DNA of 32,124 nt from an uncultured Eubacteriaceae bacterium (GCA_937914785.1 CALGIV010000223.1:1-32124); one strand, 5' to 3'. Shown: positions 16,116 to 25,303, counted from the first letter of the stretch. The notes: generated by a model from the letters alone, not told the origin. Numbers and translations: made by a program.

Positions 16116-16808
16116 ATGGCGGAAAACGTTTATACCGTTAATGAATTAAAAAAAGGTTTTTACAGTATTGAAGAAAATGGCGTACGAATGTTTTTAATTG
16201 AGGGCAATAAGCGCAGTATGCTTATCGACACAGGATACGGCAGCGGAGATTTAAAGGCAATTGTCGAAAGCATCACCTCTTTGCCTGTTTTCGTCTTGAT
16301 GACACATCCGGACCGCGATCATATTGGATGCAATGAACAATTTGAGGAAATATGGATGCATCCGGCCGATTTTGCGATGTATTATGAAAAATGTCAATAC
16401 TTACCAATCCCTGCGCCCGTCTGGGAAGGTACGTCAATCGATCTGGGAACTTACCAATTCGAAATCCTCTTTATTCCCGGCCATACGCCTGGCAGCATCG
16501 CTCTATTGGATCGTAAAAACAAACTGCTTATCCCCGGAGACAGCATTCAAAAGGGGCCGATCTATATGTTTAATCCCTGGCGCAATATGCACGCTTATAT
16601 CGCCAGCCTTGACAAGCTGATCAGCCGGATTGATGAATTTGATCTGATCCTGCCCTCGCATAACCAAATGCCTTTTGAGAAAGAAAAAATTTATACGCTA
16701 AAAGCAGGTGCAGAGAAACTCCTCAATGGAGAATTAAAGGGTGAAGAAATCTCACTGCCGTATGACTGCAAACACTATTTTTATAAAGATATCAGCTTTT
16801 ACTATTAA
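16116..16808 (+). CDS. MBL-fold metallo-hydrolase
   Basis: LIDTGYG, THPDRDHIG (a variant of HxHxDH), IPGHTPGS, PGDS and LPSHN form the typical beta-lactamase-fold ligand series. The ATG at 16116 is 5 nt after GGAGA; the ORF-track TTG at 16104 overlaps the RBS. Confidence 0.8.
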   Translation: MAENVYTVNELKKGFYSIEENGVRMFLIEGNKRSMLIDTGYGSGDLKAIVESITSLPVFVLMTHPDRDHIGCNEQFEEIWMHPADFAMYYEKCQYLPIPAPVWEGTSIDLGTYQFEILFIPGHTPGSIALLDRKNKLLIPGDSIQKGPIYMFNPWRNMHAYIASLDKLISRIDEFDLILPSHNQMPFEKEKIYTLKAGAEKLLNGELKGEEISLPYDCKHYFYKDISFYY

Positions 16809-16884
16809 AACTTTGAACAACCACTTCATAATCGCCCATTACTTTGAATATCTATTCCGATAAAAAATCTACCTGTTTTCAATT

Positions 16885-16920
16885 AAAAATTCTCTCCCGT
16901 TTTCCCAGGAGAGAATTTTG
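16885..16920. terminator. Bidirectional intrinsic terminator between the MBL gene and ypeB
   Basis: AAAAATTCTCTCC-cgttttccca-GGAGAGAATTTT is a 9-bp stem flanked by an A run and a T run. Confidence 0.75.
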
Positions 16921-16946
16921 CTCGATCTTCATTATTGTATAAATAT

Positions 16947-18293
16947 TTATAAGGTTAAAACACTTTCGTCCGCTTCGATTATTTTTAAAATATTTTGCTG
17001 GTTCCCGGTATAAGCGTTAATATAGACGATGTACCACTCGTCATTTTCCGTATTGCCTTTAAACTCATAACACAACGCTTCTTTTGTCCCTTCAAGCGGA
17101 ATTAAAGCAAGCCGCCTTGACGTGATATTTAATTTCTGATTCACTTTCTGCTCCGCTTCTGCCATCGTAACGCTTGCCGGCGCTATAGAGCGATCATAAT
17201 GAGCCATAAAATATCCGCTCGCCTCATAGCCGACAATTTGGCCGTCATCCAGTGCTACCTGTACTTTAATCATATCCGGATAAAATAACGTTTCATCTTG
17301 CTCCAACACAAAATTAAACACCGTTTTATTGCCGTAAGTCTCATAGTAGGACGGCGTCATATCCTCAACGCCATTTTTTATGAGAAATTCTTCAGCAGCC
17401 TTTTGCGCTTTTTCAATTTCCATCGCCTGTTCCCCGATTTCCCGATTCGAAGTCATTTGAATCACGTGTCCGCCTTCTACGCTGATCTTAATGCTCAGAT
17501 ACTCGCCGCCCTCTTCGCTGCCATCGACTTCAAAAACGTAACAGGGAATCGTCCCTTCCGTTTGCCCGCCTTCCAGCAGCGCAGCGCTGTCACTGTTTAA
17601 GAACTTTGCCGCAATTGACTTTGCTTCTTCTTTGCTTATTTTTTCGCCTAATTCAGCTGCCGGGCCACGCTCACGAACGCCTTCCGAAAATGGTCCGTCG
17701 TAAATAAGCTTCGGATATTCCATACTTTCCTTATCAATATTGGTAAACGCTGAATCCGTTCCATATTCACCGCTGTCGTCATAGTAAAACTCGTCTTTTG
17801 AGTCCGTTCTGGCGAGGCTGATTTCACCGTTTCGCACTTTTTCCGACAACGATGTGATATTCATTTTCATCGTATAAACACCCTCACGCAAGGCGGAAAG
17901 ATTGTCTAAATCCTCTTGCGTAATCCCTTCGCCATTATCAATTTTACTCGCCAGATAATAGGCGTAATCCCCTGTCTGATTCATGATCTCGCTGCTCTCC
18001 TTTAGAGATACATGGCTGATCGGCAGCCCATTGACCGACCCTACACCGATAATGCTGTAGCGCCACACATCGAGCAACACCGTCTTCATATAATTGTCCT
18101 CACTGGCCACCAGAGCTTTCGATAAAGAAGACTCCATATTTTTTAAAGCTTCCTGCAAATCGAGAAAACAATCCTCACAGCTGTTCTCATAAATAGATTT
18201 ATACGTCATACTCTCCGTATTCTGCCCTACACCCCAAATACCTAAGATCAACACGGCGATCGAGAGGAGTACAATTGCAATATTTTTACCCAT
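16947..18293 (-). CDS. ypeB: Spore germination protein YpeB (SleB partner; PepSY domains)
   Basis: N-terminal signal-anchor (IAIVLLSIAVLILGIWG), a YpeB-type central region and C-terminal PepSY-like repeats. Located 10 nt downstream of sleB. The ATG at 18293 follows AAGGAGGG; the ORF-track start at 18347 lies inside sleB. Confidence 0.85.
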   Translation of the reverse strand: MGKNIAIVLLSIAVLILGIWGVGQNTESMTYKSIYENSCEDCFLDLQEALKNMESSLSKALVASEDNYMKTVLLDVWRYSIIGVGSVNGLPISHVSLKESSEIMNQTGDYAYYLASKIDNGEGITQEDLDNLSALREGVYTMKMNITSLSEKVRNGEISLARTDSKDEFYYDDSGEYGTDSAFTNIDKESMEYPKLIYDGPFSEGVRERGPAAELGEKISKEEAKSIAAKFLNSDSAALLEGGQTEGTIPCYVFEVDGSEEGGEYLSIKISVEGGHVIQMTSNREIGEQAMEIEKAQKAAEEFLIKNGVEDMTPSYYETYGNKTVFNFVLEQDETLFYPDMIKVQVALDDGQIVGYEASGYFMAHYDRSIAPASVTMAEAEQKVNQKLNITSRRLALIPLEGTKEALCYEFKGNTENDEWYIVYINAYTGNQQNILKIIEADESVLTL

Positions 18294-18303
18294 TTTGCCC
18301 TCC

Positions 18304-19005
18304 TTACAAACAGAATACGTGATTGCCAAACGTCGCGATGATCTCACGCGAACGAATCCATTGGTTTGTCGCCGTTACAGGATTGTAGTAATACAGCGCG
18401 CCCCCGGTAGGATCCCAGCCATTCATCGCATCTTTCGCCGCATTTAAAGCATTCTGATTCGGCGTTAGGTTAACCTGGCCGTCTGCAACCGCATCAAATG
18501 CTCCACGCTGATAGATCACACCGCTGATCGAGTTCGGAAACCCGCTGTCTTTCACACGGTTTAAAATCACCGCAGCTACCGCCACTTGCCCCGTGTATGG
18601 CTCTCCGCGCGCTTCCCCATAAATGCATCGCGCCAGTAAATAGACGTTATCGTCATAACTGCCGGAACTGCTGCCGGATGAGCCGCTGCCCGAATCGATC
18701 AGATCGTACAGCCCCATAGCCGTCAGCGTCTGGGTCCCACATTTGCCATCTACAGCCAGGCCGTTGGCACTTTGGAACCAGCGAACAGCCTGTTCAGTTT
18801 TATAGCCGAAAATGCCGTCTACATTGCCACCGTAATAACCCCAGTTTTTCAACTTGGTCTGCACTTGCCTCACCGCGCTGGCGCTCGAACCATAATAGAC
18901 AACGCCCTGGGCTAAAACCGTCGTTACAAAACTTGTCGCCAATATTACTATCAACAAACAAGTCAGTAGAATTGTATAAGTCCTGTTTCTTCTCAAAATT
19001 CTCAC
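18304..19005 (-). CDS. sleB: Spore cortex-lytic enzyme SleB (PG_binding_1 + Hydrolase_2 domains)
   Basis: Signal peptide, peptidoglycan-binding repeat (VRQVQTKLKNWGYYGGNVDGIFGYKTEQAVRWFQ), Ser/Gly linker and catalytic domain (LLARCIYGEARGEPYTGQVAVAAVILNRV...YQRGAFD). The true start may be the TTG at 18996, 8 nt after GAGG, rather than the GTG at 19005. Confidence 0.9.
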   Translation of the reverse strand: MRILRRNRTYTILLTCLLIVILATSFVTTVLAQGVVYYGSSASAVRQVQTKLKNWGYYGGNVDGIFGYKTEQAVRWFQSANGLAVDGKCGTQTLTAMGLYDLIDSGSGSSGSSSGSYDDNVYLLARCIYGEARGEPYTGQVAVAAVILNRVKDSGFPNSISGVIYQRGAFDAVADGQVNLTPNQNALNAAKDAMNGWDPTGGALYYYNPVTATNQWIRSREIIATFGNHVFCL

Positions 19006-19014
19006 CTCTGGAAA

Positions 19015-19043
19015 TATTTTGAGTCAAATAAAAAAAAATATTC
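19015..19043 (-). promoter_or_regulatory. Candidate forespore sigma-G-type promoter of sleB-ypeB (GAATA-17-CAAAATA)
   Basis: The minus strand has GAATA (19043..19039), a 17-nt spacer, and CAAAATA (19021..15). This fits the sigma-G consensus GHATR-17/18-CAHWHTA as I recall it. B. subtilis sleB-ypeB is sigma-G dependent. Confidence 0.45.
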
Positions 19044-19302
19044 ACAAAGTGAATATTTCGAAATATTATCTCCGGCAGATCTTTAGTTAAAAACGACTGC
19101 ACTCATTACTGTCGACTTTACAGTAATCGCACGTTCTTACCCTTTTGTGCAAGACGATCATTACATCAGCTGAAAATAAAACACGTCGCATATATCCTGC
19201 GGCACCCTTTACGCCGTATATCATGTCACAAATTTTCCCGGCAATTTAATTTCAGCAAAATATTTACTATACAGGACATTTTATATTTACACAATCAATG
19301 CT

Positions 19303-19914
19303 TCAATCGAAAAGGCGCTCAGCCGCTGTCGGAATTACAACGACGTCCATCTGCTCCTCCGTACAGCACGTATAGGTATATTCTTTATACCGGCCGGAAG
19401 TAAAATATACCGGTGCGCACATCGTATCGATCTCCTTTAAACGGCACATCACACTGCCGGCCCGAAGCTTGATCAAGCTCTCTTTCCTCGTCCAAACTTC
19501 GGTAAAGGCACTTTCTTTATTTTTTGAAAGCAATATATATTGCTTTTCATCGTCAGAACAGAACCGCTCGATAAAGTTTTGTTTTGCCGGACGAACGGCC
19601 ATTACATCACAGCCGCAAGGCACCGCTCCCACAACACAAGCCACCAGACACCCATCATGGCTGATATTAAACGCCATACCACCGTCCATATAAGGCTTAC
19701 CTTTCTTCGTATAAGACAGCCGGATCTGATCGCGCGCCAGGCCGAATGTCTCCCGCAAGCCGTAAGCAAGCAGCAAGTAAGCGGCAATCGACGTGATGCG
19801 GCTTTGCCGGTCATAAAACTGCTCAATACGCTTTTGCCGCTCCGCCGGCAGACTCGGCAGACTTGCTTCAAACCGCCCGTCCGCCTCATCGACCTCGCAC
19901 AGGTAAAGATTCAT
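19303..19914 (-). CDS. Sfp-type 4'-phosphopantetheinyl transferase
   Basis: 203 aa with the motifs KGKPYM, FNISHDG, GCDV and WTRKESLIK, characteristic of the Sfp/EntD group. The ATG overlaps the ftsY TGA (ATGA). Confidence 0.85.
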   Translation of the reverse strand: MNLYLCEVDEADGRFEASLPSLPAERQKRIEQFYDRQSRITSIAAYLLLAYGLRETFGLARDQIRLSYTKKGKPYMDGGMAFNISHDGCLVACVVGAVPCGCDVMAVRPAKQNFIERFCSDDEKQYILLSKNKESAFTEVWTRKESLIKLRAGSVMCRLKEIDTMCAPVYFTSGRYKEYTYTCCTEEQMDVVVIPTAAERLFD

Positions 19915-20816
19915 TCTCCCAGCATTGCCTCGACATATTCTTTCGGATCAAAAATACGCAAATCCTCCGCTTTCTCTCCCGTTCCGATATACCATACCGG
20001 CAAATCGTACTGCATCACGAGCGGAATCAGCACGCCGCCTTTCGAGGAGCTATCCAATTTGGACACCGCGATGCCATTCACATTACACGCACGCATAAAA
20101 GCATCCGTCTGGCTCAACACATTCAACCCGCTCGTCGCGTCCACAGTAATAAACGCGTAAAGATTCATTTCCTTTTTGCCTTTGTTGAGCACATTGTGCA
20201 TCTTGCCCAGCTCCTGCATCAGATTTACCTTATTCTGCAGGCGCCCCGCCGTATCGACGATAAGCAAATCTACCTCTTTAGCCGTCGCTGAAACAACGGC
20301 ATCAAAAGCTACGCTGGCCGGATCCGCGCCCATTTCACTGCGCACGATCGGCACATTGAACGATTCCGCCCAGCTTGCCAGTTGCTCCACCGCCGCCGCG
20401 CGAAACGTATCCGCGGCCGCCACCATAACTTTTTTACCTTCCTGAGAATATTTATAAGCCATCTTGCCAATCGTCGTCGTCTTGCCGGATCCGTTAACGC
20501 CCACAGCCATAATAATAGCGGGAAGCTCAAAATCCGGTCCGCTCGGCCGCTGCGAAAGTTTTTCAATCAGCGTCTCTTTTAAGATACCGACCAATTGATC
20601 CTTGCGCGTAACCTTGCGCGCTTCAACCTTTGCGCGCACCTCATCAGTTAAAATATCTGCACATTCGACGCCGACATCGCACAAAATCAGCGTCTCCATC
20701 AATTCTTCATAATCATCATCCGTAATGTCGGAACCTGAAAAAAAATTCTTCAGCCTGTTCATAAAAGAACGGTTCGTTTCCTTCAATGCGGATGAATAGC
20801 TTTTGCCTTCTGCCAC
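19911..20816 (-). CDS. ftsY: Signal recognition particle receptor FtsY
   Basis: NG domain motifs GVNGSGKTTTIGK, DTAGR and SKLD. The GTG start overlaps the smc TAG (TAGTG), with a GAGGAGG RBS 7 nt upstream. Confidence 0.95.
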   Translation of the reverse strand: MAEGKSYSSALKETNRSFMNRLKNFFSGSDITDDDYEELMETLILCDVGVECADILTDEVRAKVEARKVTRKDQLVGILKETLIEKLSQRPSGPDFELPAIIMAVGVNGSGKTTTIGKMAYKYSQEGKKVMVAAADTFRAAAVEQLASWAESFNVPIVRSEMGADPASVAFDAVVSATAKEVDLLIVDTAGRLQNKVNLMQELGKMHNVLNKGKKEMNLYAFITVDATSGLNVLSQTDAFMRACNVNGIAVSKLDSSSKGGVLIPLVMQYDLPVWYIGTGEKAEDLRIFDPKEYVEAMLGE

Positions 20817-23800
20817 TATATAGCCTCCTCAGTTTCTCTGTCCAATTTCAACGAAATGATCTGCGTGACGCCGTCGCTACCCATACTGGCGCCATAAATA
20901 CAGTCGCAAATCTCCATCGTACGGCGCTTATGCGTAATAATAATGAATTGATTGCTCTTGCGCATTTCATCGATGTACTCCGTCAGGCGCACGACGTTGT
21001 TTTCATCCAGTGCGGCATCGATCTCATCAAGCACACAAAACGGCGCCGGCTTTATTTTCAATATTGCAAACAACAGGGCGATCGCCGTTAAGGCTTTTTC
21101 ACCACCGGACAGCATATTCATATTTTTCAATTTCTTACCGGGCGGCTGCGCCGAAATCACGATCCCCGTCGACATCAAATCCTCTTCGTCTTCAATACCA
21201 ATCTCTGCCGTTCCGCCGCGGAACAGCTTTTTAAATGCAACGTCAAATTCCTGCTGAATAAGCCCGAAGCGCGCTTTAAACTGCTCGGCCATACTCTTTT
21301 CAATGTCTTCGATAATCGATTCGATATCGGCTTTGGCCGCTATCAGGTCATCGCGCTGAGCAATCAGAAATTCATAGCGTTGGCTTACCTCTTCGTATTC
21401 CTCAAGCGCCCCGACGTTGATATTGCCAAGAGACGTAATCTTCTGCTTCAACTCATCACGCTCCGCAGCGTACAACTCAACATTTTCGATCGGACGCTTA
21501 TATTGGCCGGCTTCTTCCGCCGTAATCTGATATTGTTCCAGCATTGCCTGCTGCAAGTGTTCCATTTTTATCTGTGCATTGTTGATTTTGATCAGCAATC
21601 GATTCAAATCATCGTTGATATCATTTTTCTCTTTACTCAGCGTTACGACATCGCGATTCGCCTTATCATAAAGTTCACTTTTCTCTGCCTTGGCCCGCGT
21701 CAATTCCTCATACGATTGCTTTAAAGCATCCCGGCGCCGCTCGTAGTCAGCATTATGCACTTCCTCTGTCGATAACAGCTGCTTTAGTTCGATCATTCGC
21801 GCATTTAACTGCGCTACCTTTTCCGCGCTTTCTTCCCGGCGGTGCGTCAGGGCCGATATTTCCTGCGCATATTTCATTGCCTGTCCGGCAATATTTATTT
21901 TCTTTTCATCGAGTGTCGCCGCTTTTAAACGCAGTTCATTGAGCTGTTCTTCCTCGGCACGGCAGGCCGACTTTATCTCCTCAACATCCCGATTACCTTC
22001 AAGCTGCTCTTCTAAAAATCTTTTTTGTTCAATGGTTTGTGCCCGTTTATCGCCAAGCTCCTCAAGTTGTTCTTGCAAGCTCTTAAGTTGTTGAGCGCAG
22101 TTTCGCACACCTGCATCAGAGGCGGCCAACGCCACGTTTTTCTCCGCGATAGATGCACGCAGACTATCGAGCTCTTGCTTACTCTCTTCTAACTCTCCTT
22201 TCAGCCCACCGTTGAGCTGTATCTTTTCCTCATAAGTCTTCCTGGATACTTCAATCGCGCGCTCAAGTTCATCGATGCGGCGCTTGCGCATCATCGGCGC
22301 AGGGTTGTCTGATTTCGCCTCCCCGCCGACAATGCTTCCGCCGGGCATAAAAACCTCACCACCAAGAGTCACGATTTTAAATCGGTTTTTCGTATGTTTT
22401 GACAATGCTTCCGCACGGCGCATATCCTCAACAAACAACACGCGCCCTAAAATATTCTTCATAATGTCGGCGTACTTCGCTTCACAGCGTATGACACTTG
22501 CCGCGATGGTAAACTGCTCACCGCCAAGCAATTGTCTTTCCTGTTCGCTCAATGAGGACGGCCTGATCGCCGTAATCGGCATAAATGTAACGCGCCCCCA
22601 CCTGTTTTTCTTCAACAATCGGATACATTCTGCAGCCGCCTTTTCGTCATCGACTACGACATATTTAAACGCCCCGCCCAAAGCCGCTTCCACGGCCTTT
22701 AAATATCTCTCTTCTACGCGCAGCAGTTCAGCGACCGTACCGCATACCCCATTTATTTCCCGCCCCTCTTTCGCCGCCCTTAAAATACGCTTGACCGCGT
22801 AACCATACCCCTGCATATCCTCTTCATTGGCCTTTAACATCGACAGCTGCGCTTGTGCAACTTTGATGTGCTGTAACGCATCGTTTATTTCTACCTGCGC
22901 CGCCTCATAATCCGCACGCCTCGCCAATGCGTTTTGCTCATACGTTTCATACTGTACGCCTTTTTCTTTTATCAATTCATCAAGTTGTTGCCGTTCAAGC
23001 GTATACTTCTCAGCCTCTTTCTGTACCTTTGCCAGAGACTCTGTCAATTGCGCAACCTCCCCTTCAATCGTCTCTATCTTGAAAAGGAGGTTCCTATATT
23101 CACTCTCTCCATTAAGCAGCAATTCCTGACGCCGTTGATACTCTTTAACGACTTCTTCCTGCTGCACGATACGCTGCTGCAGCTGCTCCGCTTCCTGCAG
23201 GATCACACCACACTGCTCGTCGTATTCCGCCTTTTGCTGCTGCCGGCTCAAGAGCTGTTCGGCTATGTAGACATCTGCATGTTGCCTCTCTTCAATGCCA
23301 GCGTTAATGCGCGCCAATTCCAGACGGCTTTCCTCGCGCTGATGCTGCGCACTGTTCATCGCATCCGAGAGCGCATACAACGCGTTATTGATCTCATTGA
23401 TCCGCGCATCGTATGCGCCAACCTCATCTTTATATTCATAATATCTTTTTTCTGCTTCTTCAAAACGCGCCTGAAGCGCAGCGGCGTCTTTTTCAATAAT
23501 CTCTTTATCGCCAAGTGCTTTTGATATTTCCACACCGTATTTTTCCGTCTGATGTGCAAACAGGTTCAGCTCGCGCTCTTTAAGCTGCTCACTTAAATCG
23601 AGATACTTTTTCGCCTTCTCCACCTGCCGCTTAAGCGGCCCGATGCGTCGCTCAAGTTCGGCGACAATGTCTTCAACGCGGTCCAGATTCTCTTGTGTCC
23701 GGCCAAGCTTATTTTGCGCCTCATTCTTCTTCGCTTTATATTTGACAATACCGACGGCTTCCTCGATAAAAAGACGCTTTTGCTGCGCGCTGCCTTCAAT

Positions 23801-24247
23801 TAAATCCTGTACCTGACCTTGTCCAATTACGGAATAGCCTTCTTTGCCAAGACCGGTATCCATAAACAGCTGTTGCACGTCTTTTAGCCGGCACTGCGTC
23901 TTGTTGATGTAATAACGGCTCTCGCCCGAACGATACAACCGACGCGAAATGCTGACTTCTTCGTAATCCACAGGCAATATACGCGATGAGTTATCCAATA
24001 GAAGGCTCACCTGAGCATAACCCAACGGCCGCTTTTCCATCGTTCCGTTGAAGATTACGTCCTCCATTTTCTCGCCGCGCAATTGCCTGGCGCGCTGCTC
24101 ACCCAAAACCCACTTGATTGCGTCCGATACATTGCTTTTCCCGCTCCCGTTCGGCCCGACTACCCCAGTAATATTTCCATCAAAATCAATAGTGGTTTTT
24201 TTTGCAAAAGATTTAAACCCTATGATTTCCAGTTGCTTTAAATACAT
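20816..24247 (-). CDS. smc: Chromosome partition protein Smc
   Basis: 1143 aa. Walker A GPNGSGKSN, long coiled coils, a hinge region (GYGYAVKRIL...), the signature LSGGEKAL and Walker B FCVLDEIDAALD. Confidence 0.95.
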   Translation of the reverse strand: MYLKQLEIIGFKSFAKKTTIDFDGNITGVVGPNGSGKSNVSDAIKWVLGEQRARQLRGEKMEDVIFNGTMEKRPLGYAQVSLLLDNSSRILPVDYEEVSISRRLYRSGESRYYINKTQCRLKDVQQLFMDTGLGKEGYSVIGQGQVQDLIEGSAQQKRLFIEEAVGIVKYKAKKNEAQNKLGRTQENLDRVEDIVAELERRIGPLKRQVEKAKKYLDLSEQLKERELNLFAHQTEKYGVEISKALGDKEIIEKDAAALQARFEEAEKRYYEYKDEVGAYDARINEINNALYALSDAMNSAQHQREESRLELARINAGIEERQHADVYIAEQLLSRQQQKAEYDEQCGVILQEAEQLQQRIVQQEEVVKEYQRRQELLLNGESEYRNLLFKIETIEGEVAQLTESLAKVQKEAEKYTLERQQLDELIKEKGVQYETYEQNALARRADYEAAQVEINDALQHIKVAQAQLSMLKANEEDMQGYGYAVKRILRAAKEGREINGVCGTVAELLRVEERYLKAVEAALGGAFKYVVVDDEKAAAECIRLLKKNRWGRVTFMPITAIRPSSLSEQERQLLGGEQFTIAASVIRCEAKYADIMKNILGRVLFVEDMRRAEALSKHTKNRFKIVTLGGEVFMPGGSIVGGEAKSDNPAPMMRKRRIDELERAIEVSRKTYEEKIQLNGGLKGELEESKQELDSLRASIAEKNVALAASDAGVRNCAQQLKSLQEQLEELGDKRAQTIEQKRFLEEQLEGNRDVEEIKSACRAEEEQLNELRLKAATLDEKKINIAGQAMKYAQEISALTHRREESAEKVAQLNARMIELKQLLSTEEVHNADYERRRDALKQSYEELTRAKAEKSELYDKANRDVVTLSKEKNDINDDLNRLLIKINNAQIKMEHLQQAMLEQYQITAEEAGQYKRPIENVELYAAERDELKQKITSLGNINVGALEEYEEVSQRYEFLIAQRDDLIAAKADIESIIEDIEKSMAEQFKARFGLIQQEFDVAFKKLFRGGTAEIGIEDEEDLMSTGIVISAQPPGKKLKNMNMLSGGEKALTAIALLFAILKIKPAPFCVLDEIDAALDENNVVRLTEYIDEMRKSNQFIIITHKRRTMEICDCIYGASMGSDGVTQIISLKLDRETEEAI

Positions 24248-24294
24248 AGTCTACCCTTCCAGGTTGATTTAGCCAAAAGATGCTTAATATTTGT

Positions 24295-24322
24295 ATTATA
24301 TCATATTTTTACTAAAACCCAA
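24295..24322 (-). promoter_or_regulatory. Candidate sigma-A promoter for smc (TTGGGT-16-TGaTATAAT)
   Basis: The minus strand has TTGGGT (24322..24317), a 16-nt spacer ending in TG, and TATAAT (24300..24295). Confidence 0.45.
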
Positions 24323-24339
24323 AGCGCACTTTGCTGCTC

Positions 24340-25026
24340 TTATGTCTTAATACCGAGTTTTTCCAGGGCCTGTTTCGCCGCCGCCTTTTCAGCTTCTTTC
24401 TTGCTCAAAGCCTGCCCACAGGCAATCTTTTCTCCGTCGATTATCAACTCCACCGAAAAAATATGGTTGTGCGGCTTGCCCTGCATTTCCGTCACGACAT
24501 ACTCCGGCAACGGCAATTGCTTTTTCTGTGTATATTCCTGTAAAATAGATTTATAATTGATAAAAATATCCCTTTTATCGACTTCATGAAACTCTCCGTC
24601 AAAAATTCGGGCAATTACATCGAAAGCAGCATCATATCCGCCATCAAGATATACAGCACCCATCGCCGCTTCAAAACAATCGGCAAGGTTGCTTTTGCGC
24701 TTTCGTCCGCCGGTCGCCTCTTCGCCATAATTTAACCGGATATATTGATCCAGCTTTATTTCACAGGCTTTCTTCGCAAACATTTGTTCATTCACCAGTG
24801 CGCTGCGCATTCGTGTGAGCTTCCCCTCATCGTCGTTGTACTTACGATACAGCAAGTCCGTAATGACGAGTTCCAGCACTGCATCGCCTAAAAATTCCAG
24901 GCGTTGGTTGTCCTCTTTATACGTTCCCTTCGCATTGCACGAAGGATGCGTCAAAGCAGTCGTCAATATCTTCTGATCTCGAAATGTATAACCAATTTTT
25001 AAATAAATTTCGCGATAATCGTGCAT
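24340..25026 (-). CDS. rnc: Ribonuclease III
   Basis: RNase III signature ERLEFLGDAVLELV plus a C-terminal dsRBD (SKKEAEKAAAKQALEKL). The ATG at 25026 is 7 nt after GGGGAA. The upstream ATG at 25041 sits directly on the acpP terminator tail without an RBS. Confidence 0.9.
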   Translation of the reverse strand: MHDYREIYLKIGYTFRDQKILTTALTHPSCNAKGTYKEDNQRLEFLGDAVLELVITDLLYRKYNDDEGKLTRMRSALVNEQMFAKKACEIKLDQYIRLNYGEEATGGRKRKSNLADCFEAAMGAVYLDGGYDAAFDVIARIFDGEFHEVDKRDIFINYKSILQEYTQKKQLPLPEYVVTEMQGKPHNHIFSVELIIDGEKIACGQALSKKEAEKAAAKQALEKLGIKT

Positions 25027-25041
25027 ACAATTGTTCCCCAT

Positions 25042-25068
25042 TAAAAAAATAAAAGCCTGAAAAGGCTA
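25042..25068 (-). terminator. Intrinsic terminator after acpP
   Basis: The minus strand has the hairpin AGCCT-tttc-AGGCT followed by TTTTATTTTTTT. Confidence 0.6.
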
Positions 25069-25075
25069 TTATTTT

Positions 25076-25303
25076 TTATTTCTTGCTCTCGAGATATTCA
25101 ATAATATCTCCGATCGTTTTTATATTTTTAATGTCCTCTTCGTCGATCTCAATACTGAATTCATCTTCAAATGCCAAAACTAGCTCCAATAAGTCAATAG
25201 AATCCGCGTCTAAATCATCAACAAATGATGTGCTTTCAGAAATCAAGTTTTCATCCACTTCAAACTGAGCTGAAATAATCTTCTTTACCTTTTCGACAAA
25301 CAT
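25076..25303 (-). CDS. acpP: Acyl carrier protein
   Basis: 75 aa with the phosphopantetheine attachment motif DLDADSIDLLEL. GAGGGGG RBS present. Confidence 0.95.
   Translation of the reverse strand: MFVEKVKKIISAQFEVDENLISESTSFVDDLDADSIDLLELVLAFEDEFSIEIDEEDIKNIKTIGDIIEYLESKK

Noticed and set aside
18650-18700. Repetitive Ser/Gly-coding stretch (SGSGSSGSSSGS) inside sleB.
   Set aside because: It is an ordinary flexible inter-domain linker between the PG-binding and hydrolase domains, not a repeat element or a frameshift-prone homopolymer.
19087-19224. A 45-codon minus-strand ORF (MIYGVKGAAGYMRR...CDYCKVDSNECSRF) in the PPTase-sleB spacer.
   Set aside because: It has no convincing RBS (only GGGAAAA 11 nt upstream), is too short to evaluate, and overlaps a hairpin (ATTACTGT/ACAGTAAT). 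I could not support it as a gene.
19540-20291. Plus-strand ORFs of 206 and 142 aa overlapping the PPTase and ftsY genes.
   Set aside because: They are antisense to two genes with clear catalytic motifs. The products are Arg/Ser/Thr-rich nonsense and no translation signals are present.
22275-23524. Two long plus-strand ORFs (175 and 196 aa) antisense to smc.
   Set aside because: Coiled-coil genes rich in GAA/AAG/CAG codons routinely give long stop-free antisense frames. These have no RBS, and the products have no domain-like features.
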